From: Trichoplax adhaerens
Taxonomy: Eukaryota > Animalia > Placozoa
Length of the DNA stretch: 64,000 nt
Assembly (NCBI RefSeq): GCF_000150275.1
Contig: NW_002060972.1
Span: 467,394-531,393, forward strand
Direction of reading: 5' to 3'
Position numbers and translations under genes: made by a program. The notes under the pieces are model-generated. The model worked only from the letters and a program-made list of their open reading frames with translations. It had not been told where the DNA came from and searched no databases. This document shows, piece by piece, positions 14,991-29,377 of this stretch. Numbering within the stretch: position 1 is the first letter of the stretch; every line of letters starts with the position of its first letter.

Positions 14991-17900
14991 TGATTAAAAT
15001 CCACCCTCAGTCACAACGCAAATACATAATAATATCGTATCGATTAAAGGCATTTTAGATGATTCCGCAGCCCTTTTCGTCGCCCAATAACGCCGATACC
15101 AGAAATAGAATAACTGTCTCAAGCATCTTACAGGAATACCTCAAAGAAGAATGGGTACTGGAGATATCTAGCGCAAACTCGTTAAAGTTTACTATTGTTA
15201 TGTATTATCGGTGAACATTATGTACGCGTACTCAAGGTAGTAACTGATTATATATTATTTCTTTTAATATATCGATATTTTTGAGGAGTGATATGTGAAA
15301 GAAAGTAGTACACCTAGTTTACAAAAGCAGCTTACAGGTATTATCGTATCTCGATATTAATTGGAAAGCTATCCGAATCTTTTCAAAATCCGATTTTTAT
15401 GTACGGAGAAAATACACTGCCAGTTTTTACTTATCATGTTCAAGGTGTTACTTTAGATAAATTTAGTTAGCTTGGAATTAGAAATATGGTATAAACTAGC
15501 TGCTTAAATACAGTTGAACTTTCAAATTCAGTAAAAGTGCTTATCTATTAAAAAAATCAAATACATGTTAAAGATAAATGATACATGATAAAATTGGTAG
15601 GCTACATAGAGAATCTGAATTGAACACTAATATCCTGTTTGGATGACTAATTATTACTTAGAATATAAATAATATAATTGGATTAAAGGAATGAAGTAAA
15701 TTTATATTTGGCAAATTTTTGACTGCTCATTCCCAATAATGTACTGTTTTTTGACTCTATAATGGTTGAAATATGATTCAATTTAATTATAACTTCAAAT
15801 TATATCCTGTAGTAATATGGTGCGGATTCCGCTATACAATAGAATTTTATAATTCTACTGCCGAAAATAACTTCGCTACTGTATAATTGAGCACTCAGGG
15901 CTTGGAGTATCGATCACCTGTACATTGAAAGACGATCACATTACTTTTTCTCTTTAGGAGCCACTAAATATTGTCACTATCTATAGTTTCATGTGTTTGA
16001 GTAAACCAAATCCGTTAGGTTACCAACGAGTAACAAAATCAAATCTGAGATTTAATTCTAGTCAAAAACTCTACCATCTTCCTAATCCTGTCTCCCTCTA
16101 GATAGGCTGGCATAGCCTTCAATATTTCTGTTTTATGCAGTCCTATTCTAGCATAAATTATCAATTTAAGATAATTACACTTTTTGAAGAACCATATCTA
16201 AAATCTTGATAATTAATACTTATGTTAGTCATCGTATCAGCAAATAATTACCGCAACATGAACATAACACTTTCTAAAATATAATGGGTAAATTTGGTAT
16301 TAAGCCGTAGCTAATAGAGCATAATTGAAGGATGTTAGTATTATAAAAAATTTGATTTTATTTTTACTTCAGCCTAAGTGATACAGCTATTTTTGATTGC
16401 TTTAATAAATTGTCACTTTTAATATAGGATTAATCCTAACGTTTGGCTAATCCCACTGTAATTAAACATAAACTGTTTCTTACTCCAATTATTCTCTCAG
16501 GTAACATGCTTAGGTTAATCTTGGGTCAATTAGCTGCTGCTATAGTGTATCATGAAGTACAAAATTGGTTACTTTGACAATTATAAGATTCTAAGAATGA
16601 ATGATAAATTAATCTCTCATCCTTCAGTGGTATAAACATTATTTACTCCCTTCACTCTTCTTATGTAAATAACTTGTTTTAAGGCTACATCATATTGTGA
16701 ATTTGGCAATGCTATCTGCTAGCTGAACTTGATATTAGCAGTCTTTAAAGAGCGTTAAATCTTGAGTTGCAATAAAATCATTAGTATTTTCTTATAGTAA
16801 TATTGGAGATGAAGCAGTTACATAAATTTTAACTCGTTTACAACAAGGTTTTAGCCAAATCATCCATCAAGTACGTTAATGTGCTTCAAATAGTAGATGA
16901 TATCATCCCATGATATTTCTCGAGAATTTAGTAAATACTACAGCGGTGACCCTTAAATCTATTTTTTTTCCAATCCTGATTCGAATTTTGGTCAGAATTA
17001 TGAACCGAATGACCGAAGATTTTCATCACAGCGCCAATAAAAGTAGCTTACAGCTGATCTCAAACAGCATTCTGTGAATATATCAGTTCAATCAGCTCAT
17101 ATCTAATCTTTCTTTGCGATTAAAGTCTTTTGAGTAATCCATATTAGATACCGTACCGTAAGCATGATTATAATTTCACTAGAGACGTACAATTTTAAAA
17201 TATGTTACATTTTATAACTACTTCAGTACCAAACAGAAGAATAGCGAATTCAGCTATCATTTTTATAAAAGTTATCAACATAATTACCCACTTAGTGGTC
17301 TAGTTTTAATTAAAAGCTAAGAATGATTTATTATTTATAAAGTTTCCACGTAATCCAATAATAATGGCTTGAACTACATCTGGCTCGATATTTAGCTACA
17401 AAATAGTTTATATTAACAAAACTGATTTACGTAGCATTATCGTTACTATCAGTAAGAAATAGCTGCTGGCTAGAATTCTAGATCGACTAATAAATAGTAT
17501 AGTTTTGATAAAGGGAATAATGCCTTGATTACGTGAGCATTTAAAGGCATGATCTCTAAATGTCTCTATCATCATGATAGAAACTACAAAGTAGATCAGA
17601 AAAGCAGAAAGAAATGAATTATAGATACGCGTCTAATCAGGATATATGAGCTAAAAGAATTGCTGGTGTAAATTTTCGATCGTTTTCATTCGTATTATAA
17701 AAGTAAAATCAGTTTATGGAGATTGCAATCAAGCTATTTTACAGCTGTACAGGAATAATGAGTACAATAAGTCTACTAGGGAAAAGAAGCATTTTATCTT
17801 AGTATGAAAGGTAACTTTATTTCTTGAAAGCTTTGCTAATTTAACGTCTATACACTTGCTATAGATCATAATAGCTATTAAAGGTAATTAGGTAAGTAAG

Positions 17901-18353
17901 AATGTAGCGTAACTCAAGTTTGGAGTGTCTAACCATTTTTAACTAAGGATGTAATTCCACCTTAATTTTATCAGATGCCTTTTCTATCTATAACGCTGCG
18001 TAGTTTAGTTGCACAAACTTCATAGACCGATACAAAAATAGTGCAATATAGAGAATTTTACACGATGCTCAATTTGGGCATCGCTTGGTATGGACTTCTA
18101 GATTTAGAAGTCTATGCATTTGGTCAGGTTCTGTGTGAAATCCATATTCAATGTGTCTTCAATATTATCATTTTTAACAATGATTAGATTAGAAACATAT
18201 GTTACTGCACGAGAATGACAAAAGCAGAGATGAATTAGGAAACACTTTTCGGCTGGTCTACTATCGCCCTTATATCCTCATTTATTTCATCATCACGACT
18301 CACGAGATGCACTATATTGTAAGTGATTCTACATCTATTACATTAAACTTATA

Positions 18354-18515
18354 TCAGACTCTAATCTTGATCACATCCAAATCATAGTTATCTTCGACAT
18401 TAATCAGGATGATATCCGAATCATCGTTATTTCAGACGCTAATCTTAATTACATCGTAATCATCAGCATCTTAGACCCTAATTTTAATTACATCCAAATC
18501 GTCGTTGTTTTTTGA
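18354..18515. repeat. degenerate 39-bp minisatellite, ~4 copies
   Basis: Units resembling TCAGACNCTAATCTTAATTACATCCAAATCATCGTTATC recur with a 39-nt period. Confidence 0.7.
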
Positions 18516-19159
18516 CCTTCACGTTTCCTGATGATCCCTGATTGTATTCTCCAGCAGCTGTGAGTGGCATAAGAAGTAATAGTTGTATCCAATCATGTTG
18601 TATCGCAGGTTAAGCGATAGATCAATTACCAATCATCGTCCAGAATAAGATATTATTCATCATGTTTATTATCCAAATTAATAGTTAGATCATAGTCTGT
18701 AATAAAAACTACTATCATGATACAACCAATTAAATAGCAAGGCTGACTAGTACTTTGTTCTGCCATCGAATGATTACCACGCCCCTCGATCGGCTAGCTG
18801 TTAGCATTTAGAGGCTAGTGCTTGGTGGCCAGCATGCATCTCTAACTGAACTTACTGCTAAAAGCCATATTACTTTTACAGTTCGTTCTTGAAATTAGCC
18901 CATTAGAACCGACCTTGACTGGTATTGTAGTGACGTCGGTGAAAAGTTAACAGTGCCATTGCTACAAGCGTTGCTGAGGCAAGAAATCAAGTCAAGACTA
19001 TCCGCTATTTTTCTATTAGATACAGTATTATATCTAAAATTGATTAGATAACGGAATTGTCCTACATTATCAACCTTTTAGTCGTCAATATTACTTCCAC
19101 TTGCCAGGCGAACTAGTAGAATTAAGCATAAACCAACAAATTAATTAGTCTACATCATC

Positions 19160-22100
19160 ATGGGATTATTGAGCCGTAAATTAGTCATTTTAATGACTGT
19201 CTTTGAGATTGTGGCACTTATTTTATTTGCAGTCTTCGTCCAATTTGATAGTGTTGCTTTGCCAACCTCTCATGCTGAATCTTTTCATGGTGTATCTTAT
19301 GCAAGTAAGTATGGTGCAGTTACAAACTAGGCAAGAAAAAGTAAAAATTAGCCTTAAATATGTCGATTATTGTCTGTCTACATTAATGCAATTAAACATG
19401 AATCATGACAAAATCTTCGTTCTTATATGCTGTAGAGAAGGGATGTTAAATCACATTAATGCTGATACTAAGTTGTACCGATGTCTTATAAATTAGTGAG
19501 CCCATGATTATACGTTCCATGATGCTTATATATGTAGATAACTGTTAATTTCCTTTCCTGATAAGAGCATGAATAAGATCGCTGTGATACTAATTGACCT
19601 TGATGTACTCCTTTGTCTATATTGTATTGATAGCTATTTCTGAGGAGATCACCATAAATATGCTGCAATCCAACTTTCTTTCCTGATTTTTCGTGTTAAC
19701 CTTCATTTCCATTTACTTTGCTCTATACTTATTTTAGTGTTTCAAGATATTCATGTCATGATCTTTGTTGGCTTTGGCTTCTTAATGACATTTTTAAAGA
19801 AATATTCCTTCAGTAGTGTTGGCTTTAATTTACTTTTAGCCTCTTTTGTAATCCAATGGTCAACTCTCACCCTGGGGTTCTGCCATTCTTGGTCTAATTT
19901 TAGCCATATACTTATCGATACCGAATCGTAAGTCGATTAATGAACGAAAGATACACTATTAATATGCTCCAATAGTGAATAGCTACTGTTGCTCTTATAC
20001 GCCAATTTCACACTTGATTTAAAGCCTTGACTTTATGTACCTCATCTATGACGTTAAAATTAATGCAGATCAGTTTTACGTCTCATTTTTATCTGGCCAC
20101 TTTATCCTAAACGAACTATTTGGTAGTCACTTTTTGCAAAACTTTTTAGCAAAACCATACGCTACTTTGGATTAATTCTTAATGCTAAACTACACAGATA
20201 CATATATATTTTAACGGCATATGTTCACTAATGTTAACGTTTAAGAAGACTTATGGCTGACCTCAGCAAAGAATAACTGTTGTAATTGATTATTGTAGCC
20301 CAAAATGAAATGAGTGATCTAAAGTTATCGTTGCAAGCGTTAGATATTGCATAGTTGCAGTGAAATTGCTATGTATCATTGACTCTTTGATCGATTTCAA
20401 ATTTACAGTACCGTAGAGATGAAAGTAGAATTGAGGCTTGGTGCTCAAATATCCAGTCTTAGTATTAGATTTTAATTTACGATCGATGGAGTATACTCTT
20501 ATACTTGCATAGTAAATAGATCAAATTGAACCATACGGTTTCAATGAAAAAAACAATTAAATTGTGGTAGTTGGCCTGTATGGAATTGTTGTTTTAATGC
20601 AAATTCCCTTTAGGAATTTGCTAACTTGGGCGCTGTTTTTCACCTTTAATAATTTTGTGAAAAGGTGGATGTCAATGATCAACAGTAAAAGTGATAGCGA
20701 GTTAATTGATGAACTCACAAGCTAGAGTCGTTTTCTTTGCAAAGAGGCAATGATAACACCTGCAAAAAGCACATGAGATTAATTTAACGTATTAAAAATT
20801 AGCACACCAGCAACTAAGTAACTAAGTAATACACTACTTAACTACGTAAATGTAATTAAATTCCAGCAGTACTGAGTTTTGTTCGATACAGGGACGAAGA
20901 CTACTGAGACTAAGTTTAATTACATAAAGTACGTCAGGTTAATACGTTCAGATAAATTTTTAGGAGATGGAAAATAAGAGTCGTAATTTAGTTTCTAACA
21001 GATTTTTCTCTTATTTCAAATATCATGTTTTTATGGGATGGTATCAAGCAAATGTCCCTAAAAAATTAATTTAAAACAGATACAGCTAATATCTTAGCCG
21101 AACTTTAGCGATTTTTTTGTTAAAATTTTCCTCTCTAGTTGCTATAGAGTATTTTAAATGATTCGCTATCCATATAAATTTGATACTTATTACATTTTTA
21201 CCGCTTCATTTGAAATGACAGTTTAATTGCTGCTGACATATGTGCAGCTGCAATATTGATCTCCTTTGGAGCTGTACTTGGCAAGACGTCAACTTTGCAG
21301 CTAATTGTTATGGCATTTTTCGAAGTTATATTCTATTCCATCAACGAAACTTTATGCTTACAGTATCTAAAAATTAGCGATATGGGTGGATCTATCGTTA
21401 TTCATGCATTTGGAGCTTATTTCGGTTTAGCAGTTGCCTTCGTATTATATAGTAGAGATGCAGTTGGTCATGCCAACGAAGGATCTTCCTATCAATCGGA
21501 TATATCAGCAATGATAGGTTAGTAAAATGATGCAGCATATTTTAACTTACGATTCGATAATAAATGGTTTCCTCAAATATCAAATGCATAAAATAAGATA
21601 AGCTATTTCTTCAATACTTATCTATCTTTGGGGATATATTTACTTTCAATGTTGATAGTCAACGAACAAAAGTACCCTTACCTATCGAATAAATTAAATA
21701 CTTAAGCCTAATCAAGAACTTTTAAGGGTGCTTTTTGTCTTAATTAAAATTATCAATGATTTAAAGGAATTATGTAAATTGAAAGTTTTTGCTATACAGT
21801 GCATAATTTAGATTCTAACTTGACTAAACTTGATGATCTAATTCATCGATAAATTTTAATGACCAATATGACCATAATTCCTAAAGTAAAGCAAAACAGG
21901 TTAATCAATTCAATTGTTGAATAATACTGTAATTATTCGTTTGATGAACTTTCACGGTACTATAAATTAACGATGAAAAAAGACAATGGTTTTACGAGCG
22001 ATAAAGAACTGTTAACTTCGCTTAAACAACAATAATAGGAGCTGCTGAATGTTAAATATAGACTACATTTCTTTTATATACGTATTGTACCGTCTTAGTT

Positions 22101-24263
22101 TAATTTAATTATTAATTACATATTAACAAGTATCATATGGCTAATATATTGAAGTTTCTATATAAATTATTTTTACACCATCATAGGAGTACAAGCTATG
22201 GAATAGCTATCAGTGAAGGAATTAGGATAAATTTTAACAACAATATTTGCATACATTAAAGCGTTTTTAAAATATTAATTGTATCTAATTGCAAAAACGG
22301 TACAAATTTTCCATTATTTACTGAGGAATATTCCTTTTTTGTAGTAGTTTTTTAGATTTACTAATATTATAATAACTTAATCACACATGTTCTCTTCAGT
22401 TATTAACTTACAATTTTGATGTCTTAGGCAGTAATTTTTACTAGAATTAGTAATATAATATTTTTGACGATAGGTACCGTCTTCTTATGGATATTTTGGC
22501 CAAGTTTCAACGCCGGCTTAGCGTCAGGAGATCAACAGCAACGTGCCGTTTTCAATACTTACTTTGCATTAGCGGCATGTACTTGCACAAGCTTTGTTGT
22601 CAGCTCACTTCTTGATCGGGAAGGAAGATATCGAATGGTTAGTCCATTTTGGCAACTAATATTTTACACTAAACCTATGCGAAAAACTCTTTATAGATTG
22701 TACAGAGCATTATTTTAAAGCTTATTCCTAAGTTACTGCATGTTCTTTAATTTTATCTAGGTTCATATACAAAATTCTACTTTAGCTGGAGGTGTTGCTG
22801 TTGGAGCCTCAGCAAATATGCTTTTACCTATCTGGCTAAGCATGTTGACCGGTATTATCGCTGGTGTTGTCAGTGTTATTGGATACGATTACATATCAGT
22901 AAGTTAATATGTTATACTTTTAATACTGAAAGTTATAGCTACAGCAGTAAATATTTTTCAGACGAAAAAGGTTACCTCTCATGAATACCGGGATTTGCAA
23001 GGCAATTATTAGTTGTAGCTTGATAAAAGTTCTCATACACCTTCCAAAGCAATACAGTATGTCATATGTTCATGGGCTGAAGATAGATATTCCAATTAGA
23101 TATACAAGTACTGCCATTGACTAGTGATGGTTTAACGCCTATGAATATAAATTTTTGGACGAGTTATTAGGCTAGCGTATTATTTTCATTACATCTTAAG
23201 TCTACGTATGTTATGAATTTTCAAAATAAATTAGGAAAATAATAACGTTATATGATTATATTGAAACCCTATCTTGTTTCTATAATAGTCAATTTTGATA
23301 ATGGCGTATTTTATGCGAGTATCACGAGCTAGACATTGCACGGTACTAGCAATCATGATTATCTGACGAAATTGTATTGATCTTATTTCTGCATTTGCAC
23401 CAATCTAGCCTTTCTTAGCAAAAAAACGAATTCATGACACTTGTGGAGTGAACAACTTGCATGGTATGCCTGCCTTGATAGCATCAGTTCTAAGTGCGAT
23501 TATTGCGGCAACGGCTCATTTCAGTAGTTATGGAGAAAGGTAAATATTGTTATAGATTTTTACTGCTCGTTTAAATAAAATGATCATAACTAGTCACTGT
23601 CGTTGATGCGACAAAATGATAATACTGTTCACTATCATATTGTAATTTATAAACAGCTTGTACAGCATATTTCCCGCTCGAAAACCAGCAACTCTGAACA
23701 TGACCCTTCCAGTTGGCGTAGTTGATATGCCTGGCGAGCCACTATCCGCTGGAGGACAAGCTGCTATGCAAGCTGCAGGTATTGGTGTGACCTTGGGTAT
23801 CTCCATCTTATCTGGACTAATAACCGGTAATATTCGAATAAGAGCAAGCTATTATCTGTTACTGAACTTAAAAGATGCTTTAGTAGTCAAATTCTGAATC
23901 AGCACTTCTAAAGGTTATTATCCTAATTTACATGATCATTAAAATCATTTCCACTAGGTTACATTATCAAATTTTCGATATTCGATGATGTAGATAGCCA
24001 AGATTTCCACTTAGATTCGCCACATTGGGAGGTAACAATAAAGCGTTAACATTTTCGGTTAAAAATCGGAATCTATAATAAACATATACCAATGGTTGTA
24101 TTTATATTTGAAACTTCCCTATCTAACTAACTTCAAATGCTTTTGAAAATGAAATAACTAACGGCATAATATTTAATCTTAGGTTCCAGATTCCGAAGAC
24201 GCTGCTAGAATGACGCAGTATCGCCTCCGAGATACGGTCAAGTCCGTTGAAGTGACAGTTTAA
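19160..24263 (+). CDS. Rh glycoprotein / ammonium transporter Rh type, paralog 2; 9 exons, ~462 aa
   Basis: Exons 19160-19304, 19738-19927, 21222-21517, 22474-22637, 22761-22898, 23409-23539, 23657-23826, 23958-24031, 24183-24263. Exon sizes and phases match paralog 1 (last exon is 3 nt longer), all introns are GT-AG, and the same Rh motifs are present. Confidence 0.96.
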
Positions 24264-24978
24264 GCTTACAATTTCATGTGAGTATTAGATACATTTAGTT
24301 AAGGTATTTGGCTTTAGCATATAATCTACTACCACCATTTGAAACTGTATATAAAACACGTTGAAAACGTATTAAGCATTTCGCCAACGACGCATGCTTT
24401 GATCTTGATTAGTATGTAGCATTAAACAGCGTGCATGTAGAATTATACTTTAGCCCTAATTTCAGTGCACCAATGTTGTAACTTTAAAGAGTTGTTAATT
24501 TACTGAAGAGTATAAATTACTAGTATTACGTAATAGTTTACATGATCATTCACGCTTACAATATTCTTAATTGAAGATTAACGTACATTTATCGCATTAT
24601 GTTGACTATCATTTATAGGTGGATTCTATCAAGTCCAGGATTTCTTTACAGAACATGTTCAAATGCGTACGTAGATGATGGATCAATTTTTACAAATTGT
24701 GAGCGTTCATAGACAATGAAATATGGTAGATTCTGCTTGAAATTAGGGTTTAAATAAATGACTGGTTGATAATATATTATGCATAACAGGGATTACAACA
24801 TCTGATTTAGTCCCGCTGCTACTTGACGCATTGTAGGATAAGCTATTTAATTGATAGGGTTTTTTATTAAATGAAAGTAGATAATATAATTAAATTCGTT
24901 AAATATATTTTGCATATTGATTAATGCATTACCTATAATCATACTGTAGCAAAAGATACAACCGGGTGATCGATAGCT

Positions 24979-24994
24979 CAATAAAATTTTATTG
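24979..24994. terminator. candidate bidirectional polyadenylation signal
   Basis: Perfect palindrome CAATAAAATTTTATTG gives AATAAA on both strands, ~0.7 kb from the stop codon of each of the convergent Rh2 and AMPD genes. Confidence 0.4.
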
Positions 24995-25691
24995 TCTGCA
25001 ATATATCGATTTTATTTCGTATAAGACTTAGCTAGAAGAAATTCAGTCTATAAATATATTAAGTCCATCGGTGATATTAGCTTACGTAAAATATAAACTT
25101 CTAAAATTGATATTTGTAATCTTACGGTAGAAATCAAGTTGAGGCTGAGTGTTATATTCCATCGCTCCGCCGAATCTATGGATACACCTGATTTGAGTGA
25201 CGTTCAGTAATACATATGTACGCCAAACATTATTAATACATTTCTTCAATAGTGATAAATTCTAATGCAGTACATTATAAACTGTTTATAAAAAGAGTAC
25301 AATATCAATGTAAAGACACAACTAAATAGTGATATAAATAAAACTATCAAACATGAATAATAATAATAATAATGTGAGATTAAATGGGTATATTGACTGT
25401 TTTTGATATGTGATGAGTCATTTGTCCGTTAATTGAAAACTATAAGGGATAGTAAACAATAAGTAGCAACCACATATAATTAGTATGGGATAAGTACTAC
25501 TTTTGAAATCGACTTTGGTCAGCCATCAATGACAGTATAGTTACGATATAATTTAAAGGATCAAGAAATTGCCGTTACCGATTATAAAGACCATAATGAA
25601 AAATGTTCTTAAGGTAAAAAAAACACTTCCCGTTGCACATATTTTTAGTAGCTAAAGTAACAAACTGAATTAATGTGCAATAGATTTAACA

Positions 25692-28600
25692 TTACGAATG
25701 AGGTGGAATATGATCCTTAATCTGGGGATCACAGATTGTACACAGCTCTTCTTCTAAAGTTTCATGTCTGTAGGCCACACGAATACCAGGGACATTCGTG
25801 CAACTGATAGAATTTGATTCAATACCCTCTTTCAGGTAATTTTCTCCTAGCCAATGTTTCTTCAACTATTGGAGGTGTTCAAAATGGTGTTGCAATTACA
25901 TTATCAATCTATTACTGTAATTACAAAATATTCGACTTTTAATTATTATCTTACATTGTGCTCGAAACCACTCATCCACACACTATTTCGGGCCAGTTCA
26001 CACATATCACAAGGGTTAAGTTTCCATACTTGTGCTGCAATACTATATTCTTCCATCAAAGGTTCCTAAACAACAGGTAGAATATTCGCTTTATGTTTAG
26101 AATGGCATTATTTGATGGAAGTGATTTTACTATTCATATAAAATAAACAGAGGGATTAATTGATACTCTAAATACCTTTGTAAAATGGAATTGTAGAGGG
26201 TCATCAGACGAAATCGATACAATTAGCCCTCTTGCATGATACGATGGAAGAGGGTTTCGATGATAATTCAGAAACAATGAATTGTTACTTAAAGGTGACA
26301 TTGCAATGCCCACCTGAGCCAAATAATATAAATATTGCAAAGCGGGAACCTGCAAGGAAAGCCGACAATTATTATATATTACTCCCAAGTTATTTCTAAG
26401 ATTCGATAGATGATAATAAATGTACATGCATATCACACACGCAGTTAAAGATAACATTTATAGAATTGAATATTCATTATACCTTTCGCAGTAATAAACC
26501 ATGAGAAATATTTTGCGCTAAGATAAAAGCAGCCATCAAGTGCTCTACCGAACCTGCTTCTCCACAATGTGGTCGAAACATAAAACAGTTAAGACCACGT
26601 TGCCTATATTCGTATAAACGAATTTTGCGATTATTTTCTATTCAAATGTAATACATACATATATAATTAGGTTTTATATTTACAAAGAGTTAAGGTGACC
26701 TACTTTCGTAAATTATTTAGCGCAGTAATATTGGCAAACATGTAAAAACAATAATAAGAGTATGGAGGATTCTCCGGTAGATCCCATTCATTTGGCAATG
26801 GGCTATCTTCATGAAATAAATGGTTTTCAGCTTTACTTTCGTCATCTACACTATCAAAGCCAATTAGCTGTATAACGTATACGAATGAAAACATAGATTG
26901 CGTTAGTGTATTCAATTATCGAACTTTAAAGTATGCAAATAATTTAAAATCTATTAAAATATTTTGTCAAGAGTTCAACCTGTGGCAAAAAACGGTGCAA
27001 TTCCGGGTGAGAACTAGGATTGCATGTGACTTCAAACAGGGGTGTGAATATGTTATCCAACATTTCTTGGAAATTATTGAGGAGGTTATTGGATTTATAA
27101 ATGTTACTAGTTATTAGAACCAATATTAAATGTAAAGATTAGTTTAATATAGTGACACAATTAAAAATGCTTTATTTACTGAACGCTAAAACTTACTACA
27201 GACGAGGGATTTGGATTAGCCATCTCACATTATCTGAATACACGCTGTTGTTCACAGCCCATCTAGCTAATTTATCCCATTCAATTTTCGATTTGCCGTA
27301 TATTGATAAGCGGGGCTCAGCCATTTGGTATTTGCTGTCTTCTAGTTCGTATGCAACCTCCTACACAAACGAAATATCCTTGAGCAAGTGATACAATTAA
27401 AAGGTAATGGGAAATTAAATACCTTGATTAGCTCTCCAAAATATCTTCCATCGACGTAATTGTCAGTTTTCAAAAATATCTCTCTTAATCGACTTTCCCC
27501 TGTAAAAGTTGCGAAGTTATTCATTTTTAGCCTAGCTGATTTTAAGCGTAACGAAACATTGGTAACAAGCTCACCAATAGGGTTATACTTGAGATTGAAT
27601 TTATCGAATCGATGAAAAGTGTTTCGGTCCTAGAATACGAATATCATGGTTATATCCAACTTAAGAACAAGATAATTAAGATTTGCTAAGTTGTTGAAAA
27701 GATATATATATATTAACATACCGCATGGACATCCAACTTATCAACACTTAAGTCATATGACGTAAGATTAAGACTCCTAAAAACCTAACGAAGCGTGAAA
27801 GTTAAAAAATAACGTTCAAATTCGAGGTCTACAGTAAAGATAAATATATTCTTTAAACTATATTAAAATTGTTACTTTTTCCAAGGTCATCACATTTCCA
27901 TTACGAAACAAGACCTCTTCGTTCGGACAATTTTTCATTTTATTCTTAATAAATCGTAGTAAGTGTTTTTGATTCATGCATGAGGCCGCGTGAACGTGAG
28001 TGTCAACCTATATAAAAATTGGTATACAATGGACCTAGGTTACCAGCTGATAGAGAGACATACGTATTGTATTGTAGAAACCCATTTTTCTTACTTTTCG
28101 GACGTTATAAAAATCTCGATGTGAAACTCGCTTTTGAGCTGCAATCTCATTTGTTTCATTTAGTAACACATGCAAATTAAATCGTGATTCGAGAAAAGAC
28201 ATTCGACGATACGCAAATGATTTTCTATAAAATTTCAAAAATGATTCAAATCTTAGTACAGCGCTTTCGACTTGTTTAAATGCCTATAACGCCTATCATT
28301 CTTAATACTCGTATTTACATTGGTCCATGAGAACATAAAGCTAACAGAACGTTTCTATCCGAAACAAATTCCTGTACATCCGGATGTTTCAAGTCTAGTG
28401 GTTTTTCTCGCTCTAATGCATCCTTATCTTCATAGACCATGACAATACCATTTTTTATTTTACAAACGTTACCATTATCTGGTAAAAATTCGATATCGAA
28501 GGGGTTTACATCTTCAAAAGATTCTGTCGGTAATCCTAATGTATAAAGCACAAGATAAGGTTTAGTATGGCCATAGCATCGATGTTGTGTATCGAATCTA

Positions 28601-29377
28601 TTTTATTTGAATATAACGATCATCCTTTAGTTTGGTATGTACCGGCACAAATTGAGCGAGCAACATCTTCGTGATCGATACATTCAAGAGATTTATCAAC
28701 ATAAGTTTTTAGTGCCTTTTCGGTAGTACGGCAGAAACTTTGCCTGCTAATTTTCATATACTTCTGACGAATAAGTAATGCCTTGACGAAAAAGCTTGAC
28801 GCCTCTTCTAGATTTCCCAGTAATATCTGTATTGATAGAATATTATCGTATTAGCGGTGATATGATTTGTTTAAACTAAATGGTTGTATTCAAAATGAAC
28901 GCAAGTGTGTGTTATTATCACTTACACCGGAGTGACTGCATTCGTCTTCGTCAACATGAATTCTATGAAATTTTGTTGAATCTAGAAATCGTTCGCGATT
29001 GCACTGTGATCGATAACGACTAGCTAAATCTAAGCAAAGGAAATTATTTAAATTTCGTCGATTAGAACTATTTCAATATTTTTTTGGTAAATATTTAGAA
29101 TTGAAATCATTCATCAGATGAATAATGGAAAGTCATTCAAAAATTTTGAGAAATGTAAGGCAACTTCATTTTACGCAAAACATAAATAACACAATCAATG
29201 AACAGAGAAATACACATGTCAATAGTTTTGCCATTCATACCTTCATCTTTCGCATTCTTAAATTCTAGTTCTTTAATTCCTGCTTGCAACATAGTAGTTT
29301 GTAGAGCATCTTCATGAATTTGACGTTGAGCGATATCATCATCCGGCATTTCGAATAAGGAAGCATCCGGTGTAGAA
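25692..29377 (-). CDS. AMPD: AMP deaminase (5' end not resolved; further exons probably at 29.4-30.4 kb)
   Basis: 16 phase-consistent exons: 29241-29377, 28926-29029, 28643-28826, 28319-28535, 28095-28224, 27876-28007, 27722-27784, 27575-27629, 27423-27499, 27197-27360, 26980-27106, 26704-26867, 26483-26603, 26176-26349, 25955-26065, 25692-25865. Motifs [85 protein letters not shown]. Confidence 0.96.
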
